From positions 14,198,001-14,262,000 of the forward strand of contig JBHGNT010000005.1 of NCBI GenBank assembly GCA_043228905.1: a stretch of 64,000 bases of DNA, written 5' to 3'. A program made the translations under genes and the position numbers. The notes below the pieces were generated by a model, which worked only from the letters and a program-made list of their open reading frames with translations, made no database searches and was not told where the DNA came from. Shown one piece after another: positions 37,501 to 49,900 of this stretch (the first letter of the stretch is position 1; every line of letters starts with the position of its first letter). This DNA is from Azolla caroliniana (Eukaryota; Plantae; Polypodiophyta).

Positions 37501-40112
37501 GGTCTAGTCCCTTCTTCACTTGTCGTTAGTCTCTTCCTTTTTATTAAGTCAATGATGACATCATGAAATTCTCTCTTTGCAATTCCTAAGACCTCTCGTA
37601 GTGTGAACTCGATTCGGCTATCTAGGATTCTTTCTTCCATCACATGCTTAAGGTCGGTGGATTGCTCTATCTCCGAGCGTAGTTTGAATGTTGGTCCGAT
37701 TCTTTCCTTCCCTCTTTCAGTTATCGTTTGGGGCGGTGATGATTCTTCCCTTCTTCGAACAACTTCTCTTGTGTCATGTTTCTTTGAAGGGCCTGATTGG
37801 TCATCTGGTCTTTTTTCGTTTCTCTTCAACTAGGACGTCGTAGTTTTGACACATGGCCTCGACGAAGCTAGACCTCCTCCATAGGGTCCTCCCATCCCGT
37901 CATTTCTTGGACTCTTCGTTCTGCTTTGCGTGCCTCATTCATGCAGAGCTTCCCTTTTCCGACTTGATTCAATATGATTGGCCAAAACTCTCCTACTTGA
38001 GACTCTTGGGCTCTCGTCTCGTGTCCAGCTCGAATTCCAGCTAATGAGGAATAGTAAAAAATATTCACTTTGTTTTCTTCCATTTCCTCCATCAACTTCT
38101 TCATACCTTCTCGGCCGAAGTTGGTATTGAGAGGACAGTGTGTCACGGAGGAGTGAATCTGATTGTTGGAGAGATAAATGATATCTCATCAGAGGGCATT
38201 TTGGAATTCTGAGCAATCTCTCCACTGGTGTTCCAAGGAGTCGAACCAAATACACCTACGGGGAAAGTCTAGGCGACGACCCGGAAAACTTTGAGTTTCC
38301 TCCTTTCTAATTTGAGAAATTCTCATCTCTCGAAGCATGTCTACAAGTTCATCCATTTTGGCTCCATCTATAGGTTGAGCCACTTCATCATCCCTCAGTC
38401 TTTGGGCTTGTGGTTCTTGTCTCGTGTTGTGAGCTTGCCAGCCAATTTGAGCTACAACATTCGATCTTGTCTCGTTGTCCCATTGTCAACGCTTATAAAA
38501 ACGTCCACATGCTCTCTTCACTATTGCCCAATCAGAAATGAGGCCTTCATCATTCTCTAATAGTAGTCCAAGATCTCTTTGATCTTTCTCATTTACTGAT
38601 TTGATAAATTGGAGCACTTTGCTGGAATCGAGAATCTTTTTGTCAAGTGCAGGCAGACGATCAAATCTTTGCTCGAACTCGTGGAGCGTCGCACTCGCAC
38701 TCAAATCTTTGTTAGAAGACTTCCCCCAATCCATTAAATCTTTCTTCGTCATTCGAGATGAGTCACCAAACCCATATTCTTCAAGTAAACTTCGTTCGAA
38801 AGATCACCATTCAGGATTGGTCTCTTGTAGCTCTAGGATCTAGGAGTAAAGACTTGAAGTTACAATCCTTGAGAAGCTTGTCACCTGTCTTGCTGTGGGA
38901 ATACCCTTTTCCCGCATTTTTGTTTTGTAGGTTTCAAGGTATTGTGTCACATCTCTACCATCAAAGCATCTGTTGGTGTCCACGATCCTATCGATGGCAA
39001 CGTCAAGGCCAGCGACGTTGTCTCTCTCTCTTGAAGCATTTGGTCCATCATCCTCGCCATTGCTTGTGTTAGACTATCATTAGAGTCTCTAGCATTCGAA
39101 GTTCCGTCCATCCTCCCTTGCCGTTCTTCACGTCGGGTTCACCAAATCTATGTCGCAGAAATCCGTGCTTGCGGGTCGGTCTAACGGGACCATCGGGGTC
39201 TTTGACCAAGGAGGATGAATCGGGTGACTTGTGCTTGTAAGAAATCGACCGTCGTTTAGGTTTTCAATCGGGCCGTTCTTGTTGTCGAAGATGCTTGTGT
39301 GGGTTGACTGAGAGAAAGAGACAAAGAGAGAGAGAGAGAGAGAGAGATTGAGAAAAATATTTACTGCACCACAAAGATGTCGTGACACATGTGCCAAACG
39401 TTGAGATGTACGGGTTACACATGCGCAGACAAGCACCGGCCTCTATCTGTAAGTGGTGATGGAGGATCAAAAGGATCATTCAAGACAATGGAACGGCGGA
39501 AGGACTAGCGCGTGCGAGAAGTATTAAAGTAGATTGATAGATTGATACGGATTCCCGGTTTGAACTTTAAACTTCAAAGTTGAGATACAAGACACATTAT
39601 CAATGAGATAACCAAGATTTATTAATTATTATTGATTGCATACATTACTTGATCTCCTTGCCCTTCCTCTCCTTCTTATATAGATGCCCCCATGCATATG
39701 TGCATGTGAGGGTGTAGTACATGCATACAATGCATGATTGCCATTTGGCGCTCATGCATCACATGCAATGCATGATGACCATGTACCTCATCCAAGCTCT
39801 CATGTACCAGCAGTTCGTGTGAAAAGTACAATGAAGAAAATAAGTTTTAAAGGAAATAACCTAGTCGAATGGTATGTCTATTGCCTCCTATCTTAGAGGT
39901 GTAAGGTTCAAACCCTTCCTTGCACCCATTGTATGCGTTTGGCTTATTTTATATATTTCTGTAATGAACACCTAAACACACATTACATGTGCACATTCAT
40001 GTGTTAACATACACGTCTAACCATCACTCCTTTCATACGTGTGCATATTGCATCTTCTCGATTTCCTTCGTTCCACGCGATTTTCATACTGTTGCCGAAA
40101 ATCTTCACGACA
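34515..40112 (-). mobile_element. Gypsy element with tRNA-Trp PBS, internally deleted, 3' LTR truncated
   Basis: 5' LTR 39151-40112. PBS TGGTGAACCCGACGTGA (39144-39128). gag, protease (ALIDHGLEIN), RT (FLDD), IN core (YNPEANGKIE). G-rich PPT at 34814-34822. Residual 3' LTR 34515-34813. Confidence 0.92.
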
Positions 40113-41985
40113 TCGTAAACCGTCTCCTCAGCTTCCTGCACGGGGAATGCACAACCGAGTCTCCAGTACTCACCGGCTCTTCATCGGACTGGTCGAACCG
40201 ACTTAGTTGTCCATTCGGTTCGCTTAACCGAAACGAAATCGGACTCTCTTCATGAGTCCCAATTTCATGCTCATTTAGAGGCATCTCGGCCTCGCTGACC
40301 TCATCATCAGAACTCGGATTGGAGGTGAGGTCCGGAGTCGGAGGCAAGTACTAGGACGCGGACTCGTCAAACACAACGTCGCGGCTCACGCGCGCTTGTT
40401 TGGTGCGAGGGTTATAACACTTATCATCCTTCTGCTCGTTCGAGTAGCTGACCAAGATACACTTCTCGGCTTTCACATCCAACTTCCTCTGTTTATCCTT
40501 CGGCACATGCACATACACAATGCTACCGAAAACTCTCAAGTGTCGCAGATTCGGCTTCCTTCCGAAATACAGCTCATGCGCCGACACTTTTTCTCCGAAC
40601 CGATTCTGAATGTACACCGTGGTTCGTACCACCTCGTCCCAATAGAACTTGGGCAAGCTCTTCTCCTCTAGCATTGCCCATGTCGCTTTTACAATTGACC
40701 GGTTCTTCCTCTCGGCCACGCCGTTTTGCTCTGGCGTGTATCTACAACTGAATTCGCGCCGAATTCCCATCTATTGCAGATAACCGTTGAATTCGCCGTA
40801 AAAGTACTCTTTTCTGTCATCCGACCGCAAGCACTTGATCTTTCGTCTTGTTTCTATTTCCACGAACCCTTTGAGGTCCCAGAAACAGTCGAAGAATTTA
40901 CTGTTCTTCTCGATGAGGTAGATCCACGTGTGCCGCATATAGTCGTCGATGAAGGAGACAAAATATCAACTCCCGCCAAGACTAACGTTCTGTGTCGGCC
41001 CCCATACATCGGAATGTATCAAATCGAGCTTATTCCGACTCCGGTTACGCTCGTTAGGGAAGGGAAGTCGGAGTTGCTTCCCTAGCTGGCAGGTTTCACA
41101 AATACGTGCCTTCCGGCCACTAAATTTGGGCAATCCGAACACCACCTGTTTCGATTGCAGGTCCTGAAGCCGTTGATAGTTGACATGGCCTATCCTCTTG
41201 TGCCATAAGTCGATATCCTACTCGACTTTTTGTCCTTTCGCGAACATTGCGGTGCCACCGTCACTAGAGTCGAGGATAAACATCCTCCCGTCTCTGCGCC
41301 CTTGCGCAATAACTTGGACTTCTTCCTCGATGAAGCACCCAAGATGCATGAACCGGACTTGCATCCCCTGGTCGACGATCTGCCCGACCGACACCAGATT
41401 CTTTGTGATTGTCAGGATGTGTAACACATTCATCAGTTTCCCTTTCTGCCCAACATGGCTCAGGGGAACTTCTACAACATTCGCGATCAGATGCGGAGTG
41501 TCGTCTCTGGTTGCGACTACTCCCAGTTGCATCGGTTTTTCTAGGTACGAGAACCACTCCTCATGGCTCTTCATGTGATTTGACACGCCGGAGTCGACAT
41601 ACCACACCTCTTCCGATTTCGGGGTGGTCTGCTTCATCGAGTTTGCTTCGTGTCTCGTCACGAAGGCAGACCCTTTTCCAGCTTTTCCGAATCCTTCAGC
41701 GTAGTGCGATCGCTGCCGATTTCCTTTGTCGGTCTGTTCGGAACCTAATCCGGATCCGGTCCTCTCCAAATCGGCGCGCTTCTTCTAGCACTCGCTCTCC
41801 TTGTGACCTTTTTAACCACAATACCAACATTCCGCGACAAATGTCCTTCCCAGTTCTCGTCGCCTCGACTCCCCCTGTTTCCAAAGGGTCCGGAATTGTT
41901 GTCAGCATCACTTTGGTGCCTTCTTCCTTGGTCCTGTCGGCCGCCTCTATTGCACACCGACTCGCTTCGTCCGCCATGACCACGG

Positions 41986-42903
41986 TGTCGGGGTAGTTGT
42001 GGTTCGTGCGGCGAAGTCGCGGGGACTAAGGTCAAGGGGAGTTGAAGAAACTTAACTTTTAATAAGGCTTGTATGGTGATGATAGAATGGTTAAGGATAG
42101 TAAGACGAAGAATTACGAGTAATGTGTGTGTGTGAGAGAGATGAGAATAGATAGAAGATAGAGACAATATATGATTCAAGAAGCAAGATAGACACAAAAT
42201 ATGATTTAAGAAGGAAGATTGAGACAAAGTTTAAATCAAGGAACAAGAGTATATGATATAAACATGATGTATATTGAAAATATAATATTTTACCAACTTT
42301 ACAATCCTTGACCGCAAGATGAATCTTTTTAATATCGACCCTTGATTTGAACCCACGACCTCAACTTCGAAACGAGAGGTTCTCCACCCAATGAGCTAGA
42401 CTTCTTTATTTGATTGTATTATTTTCTCACTCTCTCTTGATTCCCTTTTGTTTTCCTTTCCCCTCTTTTTATAAGTATTTCCATGCGTATGGTAATGGCA
42501 TGCATGTAATGCATGAGTTACATCTGATGCATGATCGCCATTTGGCGCACATGCATTGCATGTGATGCATGATAGCCATCATGCTCATTTGAGCTCCCAT
42601 GTATTGGGATAAGTATAATGATGGATATAACTCTGAAACAAATAACCTAGCTTAGTGGTGTATGGTTTGTGCTTGATATACAAGGTTGAGGGTTCAAGTC
42701 CCTCAATTTTACTTAATACAAGATTTAAGTTTATTCTTATATAGTGAAGCACATTCTTGACAACATTTCTAAAAACAAATAGCCTACCCTAGTGGTATAT
42801 ACATTGTGCTTGGTTTATAAGGTTGTAGGTTCAAGTGTTTGAAATATTATTGAATTCAATATTTAAATTTATTTTTATATCGTGAAGCAAATCCTTCACA
42901 ACA
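41986..42903 (-). mobile_element. Isolated LTR of the Trp-PBS Gypsy lineage, with residual PPT
   Basis: TGTC...CACAACA ends; CCCACCCCC (PPT rc) follows. Interrupts Copia gag. Shares the CCATTTGGCGC/CATGCA block with 39151-40112. Confidence 0.8.
42641..42710 (+). promoter_or_regulatory. tRNA-derived Pol III A-box/B-box module inside an LTR (best preserved example)
   Basis: A box TAGCTTAGTGG (42648) and B box GGTTCAAGTCC (42691), 43 nt apart. Anticodon-like arm TTGTG-CTTGATA-TACAA, perfect T stem GAGGG/CCCTC, then TTTT. Confidence 0.75.
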
Positions 42904-43945
42904 CCCACCCCCGATCTCCCTCCGTGTATAGCATCTTGCTACCGGCATGCGTGCTCGTCGACACACCCGCGTGGTTCTCCTCTATAAGGAGCATCGACTG
43001 TAGGTCAAAAAATGACGGCGTATTGTCCCGTGTACACACAGCAGTTCGGAATGCTCTGAACTTCGACGCCAAATCTGCACTATCTCACCTTCTTCGACGT
43101 TCACATCGATAGAGGCTAAGGAGTTGCATATCTCTTTGATCTTCGAGGTGTAATCAGTCACCGACAAGTCGCGTTGTCGTAGGTTGCTCAGCTCTTGTCG
43201 GAGTTGAAGCTTCTTCAGATTTCCCCAAGCATCCTTTGGCATTTTCACATCCCAAATATAGCTCAGGAGTTGTTCGCCTACACAAGATGCGAAGAAGTAC
43301 AGTACTCTGCTCGCCGACTGTTCCCACGCTGGGAAATCTATGTGTGTCGATTTGGGTGCTATGTCATTTCCTCCGTCGACATAGCTCCAATAACCGTGCC
43401 CGAGCAGGTACTGGTGCATCTTGTAGGACCAAGACGCGTAATTCTTTCTGTCGAGCTTCTCGGTAGGAAGCGAGCTAACTATGCCTCTATCCATTTTGTT
43501 TATCCTGTTCTTCTTGGTTAGTTTTCTTTTCAAGCTATGTTGGTTGCAAAGGTTCTCAACCCTCGCGCTCTAATACCATGAAAAAGATTATGTGCGGAAG
43601 CAATAGAAAATCGAACAAAGAAAATACATAGGTTTAATGGAGAGCTTGAATATACACGGTACTCGGGAGAGACAGAGAGACAGAGAACACACAAAAAACT
43701 CATTCAAAATAATACTCAATCTGTATATACACACCGTGCTCAGTGAGCACCTTTTCTACAAGCCCTGACAATCGGGCTGACACAAGTACTGACAGTACTT
43801 GACTGCTCATAAATGAGCCTCTACACTTACTCCCAAAATTATTCCTTACGAGGAATATCCCTCTAACGGCCTTTCGGTTTACACACCGATACGGCCAGGT
43901 TGTGTGTACCGATTTACGCACCTAGTCTACGCACTGGGTTACGCA

Positions 43946-46900
43946 TCATATTACGCACGAATGTTGAGCTTGTCTCTCAACAATTGCTAAAGAAAAGAGT
44001 GAAGTTCGAATGGCGTGACAAGCACACGAACGTGATGCGAAGATTGAAGAAACTACTTCTTGAAGCTTCAGCACTAAGAAAGGCCAACTATACCGAAGGA
44101 AAGCCGATTTATGTGACTGTAGATACGAGCCCAACCGGAATAGGGTGGGTCATCAACCAAGAAGGAGAAGATAATGCGCGGTATGCCATCCGGTTCGGAG
44201 CAAAAGTTGTCAGCAAACGGCAACAAAGATACGCCCAAATCAAGCGGGAGCTTTGGGGTATTGTGTCGGCAGTAAAGATGGACAAAGATTACCTAATCGG
44301 GTCAGAAGTGATAATAGAGACAGATTCTCTCCCAATCCTCGGAATGATATCGGAATGTGTGACCCTAGATTTAGCTATGCTAAGGTGGATCGCCTATATC
44401 AAGTCTTTAAGCCCAGAGATCCACCACATTGCAGGAAAGAAGAACGCCATGGTTGATATGCTGTCAAGGACAAGATTTGAAATTGAAAGTGACATGGTTT
44501 CAGAAGATGAAGACTTCACCCTCAACTTCTTCAAGATGGCTCAATTATTGGCAGAAGAAAAAGACACGCTTAACCTCCACGCCTTCAACGAGGACGAGTA
44601 CGAAGGAGAGTGGTTACTGATCAGCTGATTCTTAAGAACAATGACGACGGATGCTTCGTTGACAAAGGAGGAGGCTCTACGAATCCGAAAGAAAGCTCAT
44701 CAATACTTCCTGAAGGGAGGATTCCTTTGGTGACACCCAAAAAGAAGGACGGGAATACCATGCCGAGTGGTGGTGAAGAAAGAAGAGGAAGTGACGCTAA
44801 TGACCGAATTCCACGAGAGTGCTTGGGCAGGTCATAGAGGAACATGTGCGACATTCGAAAAGTTGAAGGAAAAGTATTGGTGGCCAAGCATGTACAAAGA
44901 TGTACTCCATTTCGTGTCCAGATGCGAAACATGCCAAGTACATTTGAATATACGTCATCATGATGAGCTACGACCAACATACGCACTCACCATACACTTC
45001 AAATGGATGGTGGATCTGGTCTCAATGCCAATGGGAGTGGGACAAATGAAGTACTTAGCTCTAGCGAGAGAAGACTTGACAAATCAAGTGGAAGGACGGG
45101 CCTTGACAAATAAGACGATGTCGGCTGTTTGCAAATTTCTACTCGAAGAGGTTGTCTGCTGATACGGATGTGTGGGAAAGATAGTCGCCGACCGAGGGGA
45201 GTTGGATGCACACGAAGCAACAGAGCTTTTCGAACAACTAGGCGTGAAGCTCTCCCTCACGACTGCCTACAGTCCAGAAGCGAATGGGAAGATCGAGCAA
45301 GGGCATGGACCTATCGTTAAAGCCATCATACGGGCATGCAACAATCGAGTAGGGAATTGGCCACGACTATTTCCCTATGCCTTGTGGACCGACAGAACGA
45401 CACACAGCTCGGTGACGGGGTATATGCCCACGGAGCTTATGTATGGACAAAAGCCGGTAATACCCATCAAAAGGACGATCGCCTCATGGGTAGCTATACC
45501 ATGGGAGAACGAGATGAGCCAAGAAGAGTTATTAGCGGCACGGATAAGGCAACTTGAAAGGAGACCTAAAGATCTAGAAAAAGCGCGAAAGATGTTGGAG
45601 GCAGCCCGAGTGAAGAACAAAATTCGGTTCGACAAAATGCATCGACTGCATCCCAAGAAGATCGAAGAAGGAGATTGGGTATTGTTCTACCACAATAGCC
45701 TTGACAATCAACACAGTACAACAAGGAAGTTCGCAAGAAGATGGTTCGAACCGTATATAGTGATAAGTGCCAATGACAATGCAACATACCACCTTGCGGA
45801 GCTAGATAGATCAAGGCTGGCCATACCCATTGCGGGAAAAAGAGTAAAGATTTTCAAGAAAAGACAAGACGAGGATCCTAACCTCGATCACCTCGACGAT
45901 GAATTTAATAGGGCGGATGTGAATGAAGATGTGGAAGAATCTGATTAATCACCATCGCCAAAATCTTGCACTCTCTCTTCTTGGCACGTACCGGAGCACA
46001 TGCGGTTTGGTGGGGGTGGATGTCGTGAAGATTTTCGGCGATAGTGTGAAACTTGTAAGGAACATACGAAATCGAGTGTGGTTCTTCTCAAGAAATATTT
46101 AACAATAACAGTAAAGATACTATTTTTAATAAGTTTAATATCTTGGTACAAAAAGATGGAGGTCTTGAAGAGCTTCCAATTGTACTTTACTACATAGGAA
46201 ACAAACATATAAGTGTCAAGTTATGTGGGTATGAAGTTTGCAAAGAAGAAGATAAAAATATGTGATATCCCACATAGACAAGACAAATAAGGATCCCACC
46301 ATATATAAGGCAGAGCAAAAGCTATTATCTTTGTGTCTATGTGTGGAGCATAGAAAGGTTAAGTTGTATGACTTAATGAATGGATGTAGCCAAATGCATA
46401 TGACTATGTATTTTGGACGAATCCGGCGACCACGACGGCGATCAACGGAGCCGGCGAGACGATGATGTCGTAGTGTATTTCGTACACTACGTGAAAAATT
46501 GCATTTTGGTTCCTACGGATGCGGCAAGGAGGAACCGGTAAGGAGGACCCGGTAAGGATAACCGGATGGAATCGGATGAAGGAGGAATCGGCAAGGAAGA
46601 CCCGGTGAGAACCGGATGAAGAAGGTCGGTGAGAGTCTCTCACCGGATGAAGAGACATATTTGTAAATAGAAGAAAGTATAAAAATATATATTACATGCA
46701 TAGGGCAAGATTTGAACCTTGCACCTCCATGTTTATAATGTAAAGCCTTACCATTACACTAATATATCATTAGTGTTAAAAAAGTCCCACATAGAAAGGC
46801 ACATTCATGCTAGGATAAACTTTAGTTAGAAGAAAATGCATGATAAAAGAAAAAGCTACGCATGCACATATAGTGTGCATGAACACCATAATCGATAAAA

Positions 46901-49900
46901 ACGCATCAAGTTAGAAAAAGTAGGATCACTTTAGAAAAAGCATGTTAGAGAAAGCATAGAGTCTATCTATAGAAAAAGCATGGATTGTTAAGACTCTCTC
47001 GTCACTATATAAGGATAAGGAGCACAATGTAATAAGGGGGTGTGAAATACTTGGAAATTGGATATATTTCCGAAAACACCAAGCAATTAATATAATCGTG
47101 GGATTCACGAAAATAATATAATCTATACTTGTGGGATTCACAAGTTTCTTATATCTTTCTTTCAATCTAAATACATATTCTTATCTAAATACTGATTAAT
47201 AAAATATATTATACTTGTGGGATTCGCAAGTTTATAATAATTTATTCATAATTAAAATCACCTCAAATTCTTCCTCTTCCTAGTCCAAAACCCCAACAAT
47301 TCCCACCCGACTCACGCAAACGATCTGGAGCCGAAAGGCACGACACATTTGGTGAACCCGAAGTGAAAGCGGGTGGCAAGGAGATGGAGAATCAACAAGA
47401 GGCAATGAGCATAATGATGATGATGATTGAGCGGATGCAACAAGAGCATCGTGCAATGTCAGAGATGAATTCGGTAGTAGAGCGGCTTGTGCAACGAAAT
47501 GGGTAATTCAACGGAAATGATGTGTCACGCTATCTACGTGAATACAAGGCGGAGATGATGCGATGTGGGATACCGGAAGGATTGCAAGTGATATCCTTCA
47601 GCTAGGTAGCCACGGATGGGTTACAAGAGAGAATCTACAAGATACGGCAACAAAACCCAACATGGGGGTCCTTTGAAGAAGCTTTACGAGAGGCATATGA
47701 CTACGAGAGATCGAAGGGATGAGATCGGCGAGAGTTCGATGAATGGGTGGCATCAGAGAAGACCCACCGAAGTGCAACACAAGCATTCCTAGAATTCAAG
47801 CATCATTTTGCTCGACTCTCGGAGCGGGAACAACGATTGGTGGGGGAGGATAAAGTCCTAATGTTCGTAAGATCGATTGATCAGAAAGAAAAGATGAACA
47901 TCGGGATCGAGCTTGAAGATGATGACAGTGCGAACGGTCTTACCGAGGATTGGGCCGAAGTCAAAAGGGTATGTTGGAGACATGATGAGAGGAAGATGAG
48001 AATCTTGTCAACAACCACATGGCTCATGAGGGATGGTAGATTGACGAAAAACGGTGTAGCGATGTGAAGGCCGAAATACAATATGATAGGACCACGGGAG
48101 AGAGAGTGGAACAAGACACCCTCTTGTCTTGTGAAAGAACGACGACCAAGGATAAGGCCGATAAGCTAAGAGTGGCGAACACCACTTCAAGTGTAGAAGA
48201 AGATTTCGGGATACGAGTGTTCGAGACATCGGATAAGAAAGATGTAAGCATAATCGATGCTTGCATAATTGATGGATATAAAGAGTGCAAGCAGGACTTG
48301 AGGAGGTCGCCACGAAAGATGACATCGAATCGGAGGTGGCTATGGACGAATCGATGGCGTATGACCGTATCGAAACTTTCTCACCACTGATTCTAGAGAC
48401 TTCGGTGGTTGCGTCTGAAAGGCAACGTGAGACCGAAGAAACAGAAGGTGGTGGAGAGAAAACAAAGGTCGAAGCCGATGCATACAACGGAGAGATAGTC
48501 GAGAAGGTGGCTATGGGTGAAACGATGGAGGACGATAATACCAAGGATTCCTACCCACTAATTCTAGAGACTTCGGCGGTTGTGTCCGAGAACCAATGTG
48601 AGACCGGAGAGACGGGAGGTGGGAGCAAAGAATTTAAAGCTGGAAGTGGGTCCGGACGGAAGATGATCCGGTCGGAATTCCGGTCTCAACGCAAGCTAAA
48701 GCAAGTGGAAGTGGATTCGGACAAAATCTGATTCGTCGAATTCGACGCGGACGGACATCATTCCAACCAAAAGCCGACCAGACGAGACCGATCCAGAAAG
48801 AAGTGTCGGAGGTCGAACCGGTCAAGGCTGGTGAAAATGAGGAAAAGGAAGCAAATATGGACGGAAACCGATCGGTCGAAACTGACCTGAAAGGGGGCCG
48901 AATCGGTAAAAACCAATCAACCGAGTCCGAATCGGCCGAATATGAATCGGAACGGAAGCCGATCCAACCGAAAGATAATCGGACGACACCGATTCAGAAA
49001 GAAGCTAATCCGACTCAACCGGAGATTCGAAAAGAAATCGACATGATAAAGACAAGGACGAGGCCAAGGAAAGGCACTACCACGGATAACAAGGACCAAG
49101 CGGGCCAAGCAAATTTGACAAGACATGAATGGTTATGTTCAAGAGGAGCATGAGGAGTCGTGACAATCGGCCTGACTATGTAAAGAGTGAACGAAAACTA
49201 TGGTGGATCGGATGGCGAAAAAGGGTTGGGTGGAAAGAATGGTTGTGCTCAAAATGGAGAGACAAAGTCAACATAGCGAGAGAAACGGAGAGTACTACAA
49301 GTAAAGAAGAATTACGAGGGCCGGTAACCGGAAACCGGGTGGAGCAAGCAACTGAAAACCGGCGACCAGACGGAGCCGACAACCGAAAACGACCAGTGAC
49401 GAAACCAACCGGGCGGAGACCGGACGGAGAAGGCTAACAATCACCAACAACTTCGGCACATGCTGGAGGATGTGCGGGTTCGGAGGGGGCGAGTGTCGTA
49501 GTGTATTTCGTACACTACGTGAAAATAATATAAAATAACCGATTGAATAAATATGAAGAAAAAAGAAGAAAATACCAAAATAAGTATTACATGCATAGGG
49601 CAAGATTCAAACCTTGCACCTCCATGTTAATAATGTAATGTCTTACCATTGCACTAGCATTTCATTAATGTTAAAAAGTAGATGTTCCACATTGAAAGGT
49701 TAGTTCACCTAGGATAAACTTTAGTTAAAATAAAACGCATGCTAAAAGAAAAAGCTATGCATGCACATCTAGCGTGCATGAACGCTATAGTTGATAAAAA
49801 ACGCACAAGTTAGAAAAAGCATGATCACTTTAGATAAAGCATATAGTCTATCTATAGGAAATGCATGGAGTCTATAGTTAGAGAAAAAAAAGCATGGGTT

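Larger units (their letters stand above)
32400..43930 (-). mobile_element. Decayed Copia element with three nested insertions
   Basis: RNase H 32727-33290 (ARTKHIEVHYHF), RT 33572-34531 (YVDD), IN 40351-41170, gag 41218-43533, PBS TGGTATTAGAGC (Met-i type) ending at 43578, LTR from 43579. Confidence 0.9.

Noticed and set aside
42641-42710. Functional tRNA-Ser(UGA) gene
   Set aside because: No acceptor stem, weak D stem and no long variable arm; kept only as a tRNA-derived module.
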